From Syntrophorhabdaceae bacterium (GTDB lineage Bacteria; Desulfobacterota; Syntrophorhabdia; Syntrophorhabdales; Syntrophorhabdaceae), in assembly GCA_963665295.1 (NCBI GenBank), contig OY762209.1, positions 2,528,001 to 2,592,000 on the forward strand: a stretch of DNA of 64,000 nucleotides. The letters run 5' to 3'. Below are positions 19,640 through 30,260 of the stretch, one piece after another. A program made the translations under genes and the position numbers. Numbering within the stretch: position 1 is the first letter of the stretch; each line of letters opens with the position of its first letter. Below the pieces are notes generated by a model. It was given only the letters and a program-made list of their open reading frames with translations. It did not search any database and was not told where the DNA came from.

Positions 19640-22600
19640 AGAAGTGAGCCCCTCCCCTCGGAGGGAGGGGCTCGTACCACACATAAGGAGCAAGGGATGG
19701 GAAAGGGATCGACCCGCAGCATTTCATATCACGGAAGGTGTTTTATATCTCCATGCCTCTTCACAGCATGCCTTCTCGTTGCGATGCTCTTTGCCTCGGC
19801 ACATGCAAAGACAGCCGACGGGAAGGACCTCCTCCAGTTCACCTCGAAGGGCCATATCCTCGGCTTCTCTCCCGGTTCCATGTATATGGCTTCAGGCTCC
19901 CATATGCTCAAGGTGGAGTTTCTGGGAGGAAAGTCCGTCTCTCCCGTCTCCAAGGAAGGACCCTCCTCCGATGGAAAGGCCCCTCCCTTGAGCAAGGTAA
20001 CCTATCCGAACATATGGGACGGAGTGGACATCGTCTATGAAGGAGCCAAAGGCTCCATCGTGAAGTCTACCTATACGGTGGCTGCGGGCAAGGCCCCCGG
20101 TTCCATCCGCCTCCGCTATAACAGACCCCTTACCCTCGATGAGAAGGGCAACCTCGTGGTCCGCTACGAAACCGGCACTATCACGGAATCCAAACCCATT
20201 GCCTGGCAGGTGATAGAAGGAAAGAAGAAGCCCGTCATGGTGGCGTACAACCTCCAATCGGATAAGGAAGTGGGGTTTACGGCAAAGGATTACGATAAGA
20301 GCGTTCCGTTGGTTATCGACCCTGATTCCGGGTGGACCAGCATGCATTTTGGGGGCGGCAGCTACTACGACTGGGGGCAGGCCATAGCCGTCGATTCGAG
20401 CGGGAACATCTATGTGACAGGATTCAGCGACGGCACGTGGGACTCGCCGGTGCAAGCCTATACTTCGGGCCGCGACGTCTTCGTCGCGAAACTGGCGGCG
20501 GACGGGAGCCTCATCTGGAACACCTTCCTCGGCGGGAGCGGTAATGACTGGGGATGTGCCATAGCCTCGGATTCCAGCGAGAACGTCTATGTGATGGGGT
20601 ACAGCACGGCCGCGTGGGGAAACCCGTTGGAGGCCTATCGGTCTGCCAACGACGTCTTCGTCGCGAAACTGGCGGCGGACGGGAGCCTCATCTGGAACAC
20701 CTTCCTCGGCGGGGGCGGGGGCGATACCGGGTACGGCATGGCCGTCGATTCGGAAGGGAGCGTGTACGTGGCGAGAACCGGCACCGCCACGTGGGGTTCT
20801 CCGATACGGGCATACACCTCGGGTAACGATGCTTTCGTCGCCAAACTGACCACCGACGGGAGCCTCATCTGGAACACCTTCCTCGGCGGGAGCGGGTCCG
20901 ATACCGGGTGCGGCCTAGCCGTCGATTCGGAACGGAGCGTCTATGTGACGGGAGGGAGCAGCGCCACGTGGGGTTCTCCGATACGGGCATACACCTCGGG
21001 TAACGATGCTTTCGTCGCCAAACTGACTACCGACGGGAGCCTCATCTGGAACACCTTCCTCGGCGGGAGCGGTAATGATGCCGGGTACGGCCTAGCCGTC
21101 GATTCGGAACGGAGCGTCTATGTGGCGGGAGGGAGCGGCGCGACGTGGGGTTCTCCGCTGGGCGCCTACTATGGTCAGGGCGATGATGCTTTCGTCGCCA
21201 AACTGACCACCGACGGGAGCTTCCTGTGGAACACCTTCCTCGGCGGGAGCGGTGATAATACCGCGGGCGCCATAGCCGTCGATTCGGGAAGGAACGTCTA
21301 TGTGACGGTATCCGGCTACAACGATGCCTTCATGGCCAAACTGACCACCGACGGCGCACTTGTCCGGAACAACGGCACGGCCGGCAGCGGCATAGCCATC
21401 GATTCGGGAAGGAACATCTATGTGACGGGGGGGATTTATGTGGGGTTTCTCGGGGGTTATGATATCCTCGTCATCAAGCAGAACCTGAGCAGCGATACCC
21501 TCTCTGTTCTGGTAGACGGCTCGGGGAGCGGCTTGGTCACGAGCGATCCGTCCGGTATTACGTGCGGCTCCGTGTGCTCGGCCGTGTTTGCGGAGGGTAC
21601 ATCCGTTACACTCACCGCCAATCCCGGAGCACACTCGGTCTTCTCGGGCTGGGGCGGGGCTTGCAGCGGCACCGGCACATGCACCTTCACACTGAGCGCG
21701 GAGACTACCGTGAGGGCCAGATTCCGCATTGGCACGTACGCTGTCACCGCCTCCGTCTCCGGCGGCCACGGGGCCGTATCTCCCGCCACCCAGGCGGTGA
21801 GCTACGGCAACTCCGCCATCATTACCATGATCCCGGATGACGGATACCATATCGCGACGCTCACGGACAACGGACAGGAGATAACAGGAACGGCCATGGG
21901 AGGTAAGGCAAGCCGGGCTTCGAACAAGAAAGAGAGGGTCAGGTCGAGGATCCCTGTAAAAAAGACACCGACGACCGCCGTCACTTCCATACCTAATCCT
22001 TACATGATAACCGGCGTGACCGCCGACCATGCCGTAGTGGTCACCTACGCGATCGACAGCGTGACATTGACCGGGAGCGTTGCCGCAGGTACAGGCAACG
22101 GCACCCTCTCGGCAGAAGGACTCACTTGCTCGGGCAGTTCGTGCTCCGGCACATACCAATACGGCACCAAGGTCGTTATCACGGCAACACCGGACCCTGA
22201 CTCCGCTCTGGAAAGCTTGTCGGGTTGTGACTCCATTTCAGGCAACACCTGCACGGTAGCCATGACGGCCAACCGAACCGTCACCGCCGTCTTCAGCTCT
22301 CCCTGCGCCTATACAATCAGCCCTTCATCGAAATCTTTCCCCCACAAGGGGGGAAGCGCCACCATCACCGTCAAGGCCACGGGGGCGAAGACCTGTACGA
22401 CCCCCACCCCCTCGGCAAGCGACGCGTGGATAACGACGAGCATGGGCTCCTTCGCGAACAACAAGGGAACGGTGAGGGTGACAATCTCGGCCAACGACTC
22501 GGTCACGGAGAGGACCGGCGCCGTCACCATACGGGGCAACAGCTTTCAAGTCACCCAGGACGGAACGCCCTGCACCCTCACCATCTCCTCGACCGGCAAT

Positions 22601-23797
22601 ACCCTCTCCCCGGCGGGGGGAACGGACTCCTTTACCGTCAATGCCCCCACGGGCTGCGCATGGAGCGTATCATCATCGGAGGACTGGCTGACAGGCATCA
22701 CCAGTGCGGGAACAGGGACGGGACCCGTCTCCTACACGGCCTCTGAGAATACCACGGGGAAGCAGAGGATCGGGAAGATCACCGTATTCCTCACCGACAC
22801 CCCAACGAAGAAGAAAGTATTTACGGTGAAGCAGTCACTCTGCACCCTCACCACCTCCTCGACCGGCAATACCCTCTCCCCTGTGGGAGGAACGGACTCC
22901 TTTACCGTCAATGCCCCCACGGGCTGCGCATGGAGCGTATCATCATCGGAGGACTGGCTGACAGGCATCACCAGTGCGGGAACAGGGACGGGACCCGTCT
23001 CCTACACGGCCTCTGAGAATACCACGGGGAAGCAGAGGAGCGGGAAGATCACCGTATTCCTCACCGACACCCCAACGAAGAAGAAAGTGTTTACGGTGAC
23101 GGAGAAGAAATAGAGAAGTGAGCCCCTCCCCTCGGAGGGAGGGGCTCGTACCACACATAAGGAGCAAGGGATGGGAAAGGGATCGACCCGCAGCATTTCA
23201 TATCACGGAAGGTGTTTTATATCTCCATGCCTCTTCACAGCATGCCTTCTCGTTGCGATGCTCTTTGCCTCGGCACATGCAAAGACAGCCGACGGGAAGG
23301 ACCTCCTCCAGTTCACCTCGAAGGGCCATATCCTCGGCTTCTCTCCCGGTTCCATGTATATGGCTTCAGGCTCCCATATGCTCAAGGTGGAGTTTCTGGG
23401 AGGAAAGTCCGTCTCTCCCGTCTCCAAGGAAGGACCCTCCTCCGATGGAAAGGCCCCTCCCTTGAGCAAGGTAACCTATCCGAACATATGGGACGGAGTG
23501 GACATCGTCTATGAAGGAGCCAAAGGCTCCATCGTGAAGTCTACCTATACGGTGGCTGCGGGCAAGGCCCCCGGTTCCATCCGCCTCCGCTATAACAGAC
23601 CCCTTACCCTCGATGAGAAGGGCAACCTCGTGGTCCGCTACGAAACCGGCACTATCACGGAATCCAAACCCATTGCCTGGCAGGTGATAGAAGGAAAGAA
23701 GAAGCCCGTCATGGTGGCGTACAACCTCCAATCGGATAAGGAAGTGGGGTTTACGGTAAAGGATTACGATAAGAGCGTTCCGTTGGTTATCGACCCT
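18869..23797 (+). repeat. ~1455-bp direct repeat (18869-20323 and 22343-23797)
   Basis: Offset 3474; spans a gene 3' end, the intergenic hairpin and the next gene's 5' end; one mismatch seen (20283). Confidence 0.9.
19697..23113 (+). CDS. Secreted SBBP-repeat beta-propeller protein 4
   Basis: Same architecture. Confidence 0.9.
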   Translation: MGKGSTRSISYHGRCFISPCLFTACLLVAMLFASAHAKTADGKDLLQFTSKGHILGFSPGSMYMASGSHMLKVEFLGGKSVSPVSKEGPSSDGKAPPLSKVTYPNIWDGVDIVYEGAKGSIVKSTYTVAAGKAPGSIRLRYNRPLTLDEKGNLVVRYETGTITESKPIAWQVIEGKKKPVMVAYNLQSDKEVGFTAKDYDKSVPLVIDPDSGWTSMHFGGGSYYDWGQAIAVDSSGNIYVTGFSDGTWDSPVQAYTSGRDVFVAKLAADGSLIWNTFLGGSGNDWGCAIASDSSENVYVMGYSTAAWGNPLEAYRSANDVFVAKLAADGSLIWNTFLGGGGGDTGYGMAVDSEGSVYVARTGTATWGSPIRAYTSGNDAFVAKLTTDGSLIWNTFLGGSGSDTGCGLAVDSERSVYVTGGSSATWGSPIRAYTSGNDAFVAKLTTDGSLIWNTFLGGSGNDAGYGLAVDSERSVYVAGGSGATWGSPLGAYYGQGDDAFVAKLTTDGSFLWNTFLGGSGDNTAGAIAVDSGRNVYVTVSGYNDAFMAKLTTDGALVRNNGTAGSGIAIDSGRNIYVTGGIYVGFLGGYDILVIKQNLSSDTLSVLVDGSGSGLVTSDPSGITCGSVCSAVFAEGTSVTLTANPGAHSVFSGWGGACSGTGTCTFTLSAETTVRARFRIGTYAVTASVSGGHGAVSPATQAVSYGNSAIITMIPDDGYHIATLTDNGQEITGTAMGGKASRASNKKERVRSRIPVKKTPTTAVTSIPNPYMITGVTADHAVVVTYAIDSVTLTGSVAAGTGNGTLSAEGLTCSGSSCSGTYQYGTKVVITATPDPDSALESLSGCDSISGNTCTVAMTANRTVTAVFSSPCAYTISPSSKSFPHKGGSATITVKATGAKTCTTPTPSASDAWITTSMGSFANNKGTVRVTISANDSVTERTGAVTIRGNSFQVTQDGTPCTLTISSTGNTLSPAGGTDSFTVNAPTGCAWSVSSSEDWLTGITSAGTGTGPVSYTASENTTGKQRIGKITVFLTDTPTKKKVFTVKQSLCTLTTSSTGNTLSPVGGTDSFTVNAPTGCAWSVSSSEDWLTGITSAGTGTGPVSYTASENTTGKQRSGKITVFLTDTPTKKKVFTVTEKK

Positions 23798-26374
23798 CTT
23801 CTTGCCTGGACCACATACCTTGGGGCCGACGGGTCCGACCAGGCGTACGCCATAGCCCTCGATTCGGGAGGAAACGTCTACGTGGCAGGATTCAGCGACA
23901 CCGCGTGGGGCTCGCCGGTACAAGCCTATACGTCAGGCAACGACGCCTTCGTCGCGAAGCTTACCACCGACGGCAGTCTGCTGTGGAACACCTTCCTCGG
24001 GGGCAGCGGATCCGATTACGGGTACGCCGTAGCCCTCGATCCGGGAGGGAACGTCTATGTGGCAGGGTACAGTAATGCGACCTGGGGCTCGCCGGTACAA
24101 GCCTATACCTCGGGCAACGACGCCTTCGTCGCGAAGCTTACCACCGACGGCAGTCTGCTGTGGAACACCTTCCTCGGGAGCAGGGGCACCGAAGTGGGGT
24201 ATGACATAGCCGTCGATTCGGGAGGGAACGTCTATGTGGCAGGAGTGAGCAATGCGACCTGGGGCTCGCCTATCCGGGCCTATACCTCAGGCAACGACGC
24301 CTTCGTCGCGAAGCTTACCACCGACGGCAGTCTGGTGTGGAACACTTTCTTCGGGGGCAGCGGATCCGATTACGGGTACGCCGTAGCCCTCGATCCGGGA
24401 GCGAACGTCTATGTGGCAGGGTACAGCAATGCCACCTGGGGCTCGCCTATCCGGGCCTATACCTCAGGCAACGACGCCTTCGTCGCGAAGCTTACCACCG
24501 ACGGCAGTCTGCTGTGGAACACCTTCCTCGGGGGCAGGGGCACTGAAGTGGGGTATGACATAGCCGTCGATTCGGGAGGGAACGCCTATGTGGCAGGAGT
24601 GAGCAGTGCCACCTGGGGCTCGCCTATCCGGGCCTATACCTCGGGCAACGACGCCTTCGTCGCGAAGCTTACCACCGACGGCAGTCTGGTGTGGAACACT
24701 TTCTTCGGGGGCAGCGGATTCGATTACGGGTACGCCGTAGCCCTCGATTCGGGAGGGAACGTCTATGTGGCAGGGTACAGCAATGCGACCTGGGGCTCGC
24801 CGGTAAGAGCCTTTAGTGGGGGTATTGACAGCTATGTCACCAGGCTTACCACCGACGGCAGCTTCCTGTGGAACACCTTCCTCGGGGGGAGCGGCGGCGC
24901 TTACGCTCAGGCCATTGCCCTGGATTCGAGCGGAGACGTCTACGTGACAGGCTTGAGCGACCTCATCTGGGGCCAGCCGTACAACGACGCTTTTGTCGCC
25001 AAGACCTTTGCCTCGGACGCTTATGCTCTTTCGGTGTCAAGGGCCGGCGCCGGGACCGGCACGGTCACAAGCAGCCCCTCGGGCATCGACTGCGGCTCTG
25101 CCTGTTCGACGGCGTTTGTTGTGGGTAAATCCGTCACTCTCACCGCTGCTCCTTCGACCGGCAGCATCTTCACGGGCTGGGGCGGCGCCTGCAGCGGGAC
25201 CGGCGCGTGCACAGTCACCATAACCGCGGACGCCACCGTGACAGCCACGTTTGCCCCGGAGACCCTTACCGTCGCCGCCTCGGTCTCCAGCGGGCACGGA
25301 AGCATATCTCCCGACATTCAGACGGTGAGCTACGGCAATTCCGCCACGATCACCATGAAGCCGGATACAGGCTATCATATCGCCTCATTCACAGACAACG
25401 GAACCTCGATAACGGGTGTAAGCGTCAAAACAAGTTCGCCCGTGGGCAAGAAGACCTCCGGGTCAAGGACAAAATCCGCCGCAAAGACAACCGCTTCCGG
25501 CAAGACCTCCATTTCCAATCCCTATACGATACGTAAAGTGACTGTCGACCATACGGTCGTGGCGACCTATGAGATCGATACCGAGGGCCTGACCGCGACC
25601 ATGGACGGCACAGGGACCGGCACCCTTTGCGCAGAAGGTCTCACCTGCTCGGGCACCAAGTGCAGCGGAACCTACCCCTACGACACCTCGGTCACCATAA
25701 CAGCCGCGCCGGATGCGGGCACATTGTTTGAAGGCTTTACCGGCTGTGATTCCACATCCGGAAGCACCTGCATGGTGAAGATGACAGCAGGAAAAAGCAT
25801 CACCGCCACGTTCACCGCCATCTGCACATATACAATTACTCCCACGGAGAAGTCCTTTGCGTCCAAAGGGGGGAGCACGAGCGTGACAGTCCGGGCCACA
25901 GGGGCGAAGAGCTGCGTGGACCCCGGCGTCTCTGCGGGCGAAGATAGCTGGATCACCGCAACGTTAAGCTCGTTTAAGAACAATAAGGGTACGGTGAAAC
26001 TTGCCGTACAGGCCAACGATGCCATTACGGACAGGATCGGCACCGTCACCATCGGCCGCAACATCTTCACGATCATCCAGACGGGGGTAGCCTGCTCCAT
26101 AGGTATTTCCCCGTCGAAGGCAACCCTCGTTTCATCGGGAGGCACGGGCTCGTTCACTGTGACCGCACCGACGGGTTGCCCGTGGACGGTTGAGGGGGAC
26201 CCCAGCGCGACGGCATGGCTCAGCGCCTTGACTATTTCGGGAAGCGGGGCCGGCCCGGTCTCTTACAAGGTATCGGAGAACGGCACCGGCAGGCAGAGGA
26301 GCGGGAAGATCACCGTCTATCTTACCAATGCTCCCGGAAATATGAAGGCGTTTACAGTAACGGAAAAGAAATAG
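23171..26374 (+). CDS. Secreted SBBP-repeat beta-propeller protein 5
   Basis: Same architecture; near-identical 177-bp blade repeats. Confidence 0.9.
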   Translation: MGKGSTRSISYHGRCFISPCLFTACLLVAMLFASAHAKTADGKDLLQFTSKGHILGFSPGSMYMASGSHMLKVEFLGGKSVSPVSKEGPSSDGKAPPLSKVTYPNIWDGVDIVYEGAKGSIVKSTYTVAAGKAPGSIRLRYNRPLTLDEKGNLVVRYETGTITESKPIAWQVIEGKKKPVMVAYNLQSDKEVGFTVKDYDKSVPLVIDPLLAWTTYLGADGSDQAYAIALDSGGNVYVAGFSDTAWGSPVQAYTSGNDAFVAKLTTDGSLLWNTFLGGSGSDYGYAVALDPGGNVYVAGYSNATWGSPVQAYTSGNDAFVAKLTTDGSLLWNTFLGSRGTEVGYDIAVDSGGNVYVAGVSNATWGSPIRAYTSGNDAFVAKLTTDGSLVWNTFFGGSGSDYGYAVALDPGANVYVAGYSNATWGSPIRAYTSGNDAFVAKLTTDGSLLWNTFLGGRGTEVGYDIAVDSGGNAYVAGVSSATWGSPIRAYTSGNDAFVAKLTTDGSLVWNTFFGGSGFDYGYAVALDSGGNVYVAGYSNATWGSPVRAFSGGIDSYVTRLTTDGSFLWNTFLGGSGGAYAQAIALDSSGDVYVTGLSDLIWGQPYNDAFVAKTFASDAYALSVSRAGAGTGTVTSSPSGIDCGSACSTAFVVGKSVTLTAAPSTGSIFTGWGGACSGTGACTVTITADATVTATFAPETLTVAASVSSGHGSISPDIQTVSYGNSATITMKPDTGYHIASFTDNGTSITGVSVKTSSPVGKKTSGSRTKSAAKTTASGKTSISNPYTIRKVTVDHTVVATYEIDTEGLTATMDGTGTGTLCAEGLTCSGTKCSGTYPYDTSVTITAAPDAGTLFEGFTGCDSTSGSTCMVKMTAGKSITATFTAICTYTITPTEKSFASKGGSTSVTVRATGAKSCVDPGVSAGEDSWITATLSSFKNNKGTVKLAVQANDAITDRIGTVTIGRNIFTIIQTGVACSIGISPSKATLVSSGGTGSFTVTAPTGCPWTVEGDPSATAWLSALTISGSGAGPVSYKVSENGTGRQRSGKITVYLTNAPGNMKAFTVTEKK

Positions 26375-26402
26375 GAACCCGGTCCAGGCGAAGGAGGTTT
26401 TT

Positions 26403-29400
26403 GTGCGATATCATGTCAGCATTGCAGCATTCGTTTTCTCTATTCTCACGCTGGTCTTTTTTTCTCATACGGCCGTCGCGGGCGTGAAGATCGACGCCGG
26501 TCTCCAGCAGGCCATCGAAAAGGATGAGACAACGGGCTACATTATGTATTTCAAGGCCAGGCCCAGCCTTACAAAGGCAAGCTCCATGGAATGGAAAGCC
26601 CGTGGTGAATTCGTAGCCAATAGTCTCAAAGATGCGGCAACTATATCCCAAGCCGGAGTGAAAACGTACCTTGAGGGTCGTGACGTCAGGCACAGGAGCT
26701 TTTGGATAGGCAATATGATTGTGGTGGAAGCATCCGACCTGGCCACCTTCAGCGGTCTCAAGGCGTTCCCGGAGATCGACCGGATCGGCAAGATACCGGA
26801 CATCATTCTCTATGAACCCGTGGAGATAAGCACGGACCCTACCGTATCCGAGGGGGTCGAGGTTAACCTCTCCCATATCAAGGCCGATCAGGTGTGGGAA
26901 ACGCTCGGGGTCACGGGGAGCGGGATAGTGGTGGCGAATATCGATACCGGCGTGCGTTACACCCACGACGCCTTGGTAAGCGGATACCGGGGCAGCTCCT
27001 CGGGGACATATGATCACAACTATAACTGGTGGGACCCGTATGGCGAGTACACCGAGCCCACTGACCCCAACGGACACGGCACCCACACCATGGGGATCAT
27101 GGTGGGGAACGACGGCTCGAACCGGATAGGCGTGGCTCCGGGGGCCCAATGGGTCGCCTGCCGGGGATGCAGCACCAATGCCTGTACCACTACCGCCCTT
27201 CTCGAATGCGCCCAATGGGTAATTGCGCCGTGGGACTTGAGCAAGTCTGTCACAGATACCTCCAAGAGGCCCCACGTGGTGAACAATTCCTGGGGTAATT
27301 GTGGCCGGACGTACGATCCGTGGTTTCAGGATGCGGTCGATGCCTGGCTTGCGGCGGGTATCTATCCCGTCTTCTCGAACGGCAATGCCCCGAACTGCGG
27401 CTATGATACTCCTCCAGGCTGCTATACGGTCGGCAATCCGGCCCGGTACGGTAACGTGACCGGCGTGGGTGCTACCGGGAAGAATAACGGGCAGTATGAG
27501 AGCTACTCGAACTGGGGTCCCACGGACAGAGCCGACGGGGTGAATCCCGACGGCTATCAATACGTGAAGCCCCAAGTGTTGGCCCCGGGGACGGGCATCC
27601 GCTCATCCTACTATAGCGGCGATTCTGCATATGCGACGATGAGTGGAACCTCCATGGCCGCTCCCCACGTGGCGGGCCTCGTCGCCCTTATGTACAGCGC
27701 CTGTTCGGATTTCACACGCGTCTACGCGGATGTGGAGACGATCATGGAGAGGACCGCCGTCTCCATACCGTACGCCTCGGGCTGCGGGGGGGAAGGGACG
27801 GATAATGTGCCGAACAATGCAACGGGCTGGGGCGAGATCGACGCTTTCGCCGCAGTCCGGGAGGTACTGTCCCGATGCGGGGATAGCGGCTCGGTCACGG
27901 GGAACATACTTTCCGCCAAGACCAAAAAGGCCATTGAAGGCGCGACCCTGACAGTGGGCGGCCGGACGGTGGCTACGGACGGCAACGGCACATACACGGC
28001 AACCTTTGTCGTTCTCGGACAACAGACCGCCGTAGCCACTGCCGATGGGTATTACGATCAGATCAACATGGTCACCGTCACCAAGGGGGGGATTTCTACC
28101 GCCAATTTCAGTCTCAGGCCGAAATCACTTGTGAGTCTCACCGGCAAAGTGACGGACGGCTCGAGTGGTGGTTGGCCGCTCTATGCGAAGCTTAACGCTT
28201 CCGACGGCAAGGCGACGGTAAGCGCCGTCACCAATCCCCTTACAGGCGTATACACTATGAAGCTTTATAGAGATACCGACTATACCATTCGCATCTCCTC
28301 CACCGGGTACGCCACCGCTGAAGCAGTCGTGACGACTACGGGAAAGTTCAGCCCCAGGAATTTTACCCTCACTGTCGGCTCTGATTGCTCCGCTCCTGGT
28401 TATGCGCGGTCCGGGGATTCATGCAACGCGCTGAGCGGCGGCCTCGTCACCGGACTTGTGAGGGACGCAAACACGAAGGGCGTCCTGAGCGACTTCGTGG
28501 TTAACTCGTCTGTCGCCTCTGCAACTACCGAGTCGAACGGAAGGTATGTGCTCTTCGCGTCCCCAGGCAGCAATGTGATTACCGCCAATCCGCCCGGTCT
28601 GCTGAATTACGGCCCTGCTTCCAGGCGAGTGACTGTCAAGGCAGCCAGGACAGTCGGTTTGGACCTCAGCGTGCCCGCCGCCCTGTTTGAGGGGCCGAAA
28701 GGCCTGAGCATCACTATGGCTCCGGGCTCAACCAGGAAAATGACGCTTAAGCTCAAGAACGCGGGGGATTTCGGGGCATCCTTCGTGATTTTTGATTACC
28801 CGGTGACGACATCTACGAGCGCCCTGGCGCAGACAAAGGTATCGCTGCCGCCCTCGGATTACAAAGCTGCGGCTGATGCCGAACCCACTTCCGCGGGACC
28901 TGCGCCCAGGCCGCAGAGAACGTCGACGTCCAGGTCTGCTTCGGCAGCCGTCTCTACTCTCACCGGCTACCCGGCGTACGCCATCGACCTGCTGCACGGA
29001 AGCGCATTCGGCAGGTTCAGCTCCGATTCACCGGGGACCTGGACAATAATAGGCTCTCTCCCAGGCGATGATTACTATGGCGGTGATTTTGTCAAAAATG
29101 ACTTTTCGAAGCTCTACGTTATCAAGAACGGCGATAGCACGCTTTATACCATCGATACGACAACCGGCGCGGCTACCGCCATCGGGAAGGCCACTGCATA
29201 CAATTCCGAAATGTGGACGGGCATGACCACGTCGGTAGACGGTACACTCTATGCATCGTCGACGGATATATCACGGTCGACGCTCTACACCATAAACCCC
29301 GCCACAGGCGCCGCCACCATAATCGGTCAGATAACGAACGGGCCCGGCATCATCGATATCGCCATCGATAGAGAAGACAATATGTACGGATTGGAACTCG

Positions 29401-29852
29401 TGGGAGATGCCCTGGTAAAAATAGACCCAGCAACGGGAGCAGGAACGCCGATAGGGTCCATAGGGTATAACGCGAACTATGCCCAGGGCATGTCCTTCGA
29501 GAAGCAGTCGGGAGTGCTCTATCTCGCAGCGTACAATGTGGATAACGAGTGGAACTCCCGGGCGCAACTCCGCGTTGCGGACACTTCCACGGGCAACACC
29601 GAGGTGATAGGCGCACTTCCGGCCGGTGCCGACGTTGACTGCCTCTCCTTCGCCACAGCGATGGAAGCATCATGGCTGAAAGAGTCTCCCACGAAGGCGA
29701 CCCTCGGGCCGAAGAAGACCATATCCATCGACGTGACCTTCGACGCCACAAACCTCAGCCCAGGGACCTATGGCGCGAGACTCCTGGTTGCCCGCGGGAC
29801 GCCATATGGTAGCCTCGTTATCCCCGTAACCATGAAGGTAACCGCCAAGTAG
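26403..29852 (+). CDS. Secreted S8 subtilase with carboxypeptidase-regulatory-like domains and an extra beta-propeller
   Basis: IDTG (D), GHGTH (H), SNGN (oxyanion N), GTSMAAPHV (S); signal peptide and propeptide; LYTID..TGAAT.IG repeats; AAGGAGG RBS. Confidence 0.9.
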   Translation: MRYHVSIAAFVFSILTLVFFSHTAVAGVKIDAGLQQAIEKDETTGYIMYFKARPSLTKASSMEWKARGEFVANSLKDAATISQAGVKTYLEGRDVRHRSFWIGNMIVVEASDLATFSGLKAFPEIDRIGKIPDIILYEPVEISTDPTVSEGVEVNLSHIKADQVWETLGVTGSGIVVANIDTGVRYTHDALVSGYRGSSSGTYDHNYNWWDPYGEYTEPTDPNGHGTHTMGIMVGNDGSNRIGVAPGAQWVACRGCSTNACTTTALLECAQWVIAPWDLSKSVTDTSKRPHVVNNSWGNCGRTYDPWFQDAVDAWLAAGIYPVFSNGNAPNCGYDTPPGCYTVGNPARYGNVTGVGATGKNNGQYESYSNWGPTDRADGVNPDGYQYVKPQVLAPGTGIRSSYYSGDSAYATMSGTSMAAPHVAGLVALMYSACSDFTRVYADVETIMERTAVSIPYASGCGGEGTDNVPNNATGWGEIDAFAAVREVLSRCGDSGSVTGNILSAKTKKAIEGATLTVGGRTVATDGNGTYTATFVVLGQQTAVATADGYYDQINMVTVTKGGISTANFSLRPKSLVSLTGKVTDGSSGGWPLYAKLNASDGKATVSAVTNPLTGVYTMKLYRDTDYTIRISSTGYATAEAVVTTTGKFSPRNFTLTVGSDCSAPGYARSGDSCNALSGGLVTGLVRDANTKGVLSDFVVNSSVASATTESNGRYVLFASPGSNVITANPPGLLNYGPASRRVTVKAARTVGLDLSVPAALFEGPKGLSITMAPGSTRKMTLKLKNAGDFGASFVIFDYPVTTSTSALAQTKVSLPPSDYKAAADAEPTSAGPAPRPQRTSTSRSASAAVSTLTGYPAYAIDLLHGSAFGRFSSDSPGTWTIIGSLPGDDYYGGDFVKNDFSKLYVIKNGDSTLYTIDTTTGAATAIGKATAYNSEMWTGMTTSVDGTLYASSTDISRSTLYTINPATGAATIIGQITNGPGIIDIAIDREDNMYGLELVGDALVKIDPATGAGTPIGSIGYNANYAQGMSFEKQSGVLYLAAYNVDNEWNSRAQLRVADTSTGNTEVIGALPAGADVDCLSFATAMEASWLKESPTKATLGPKKTISIDVTFDATNLSPGTYGARLLVARGTPYGSLVIPVTMKVTAK

Positions 29853-29875
29853 AGGGGAACATTGTTTGGATTTAG

Positions 29876-30260
29876 CCCATCTTCCGTTGTTACAAATAGT
29901 GGTGTTTGCAATTACAGGTAGTCACGACAAAGGAAGGGCGTTTTTCTGCACTGCATTTTCTATTATCTTCGGTCTGTTAGGGAGAGATATCTTCATCCTT
30001 TGAAGCAATACCTTCAGCGGTGCTGGAGTTGAGGTGACTGCCCGCAGCCGGATGGTTTTATCCTTTGCGGGCAGGAGCACATCAAGGGATTTCAGCTCTC
30101 GCATTTCCTCCAACAATACTCAGCATGAGGCTGCAAGGGGGTTTTCCGCACTTCATTCGGTTTTCAGAGACTTGGGGTTGATATCGTTAAGGTTCTCCGG
30201 AAGGTTCTCCGGTGAATTACCCTCTGTTTTTATGCAAAACAAGGGGTGGCGGAAGATGGG
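29876..30260 (-). mobile_element. Internally deleted IS (MITE-like), probably IS1634-related
   Basis: 11-bp terminal inverted repeats CCCATCTTCCG / CGGAAGATGGG enclose a transposase-like C-terminal fragment (29922-30116, ...LLQRMKISLPNRPKIIENAVQK). Confidence 0.65.

Noticed and set aside
26352..27575. Long antisense ORFs (e.g. 26352..27575, 21092..22159, 39636..40496, 53817..54719)
   Set aside because: Shadows of GC-rich sense genes with no recognisable motifs.
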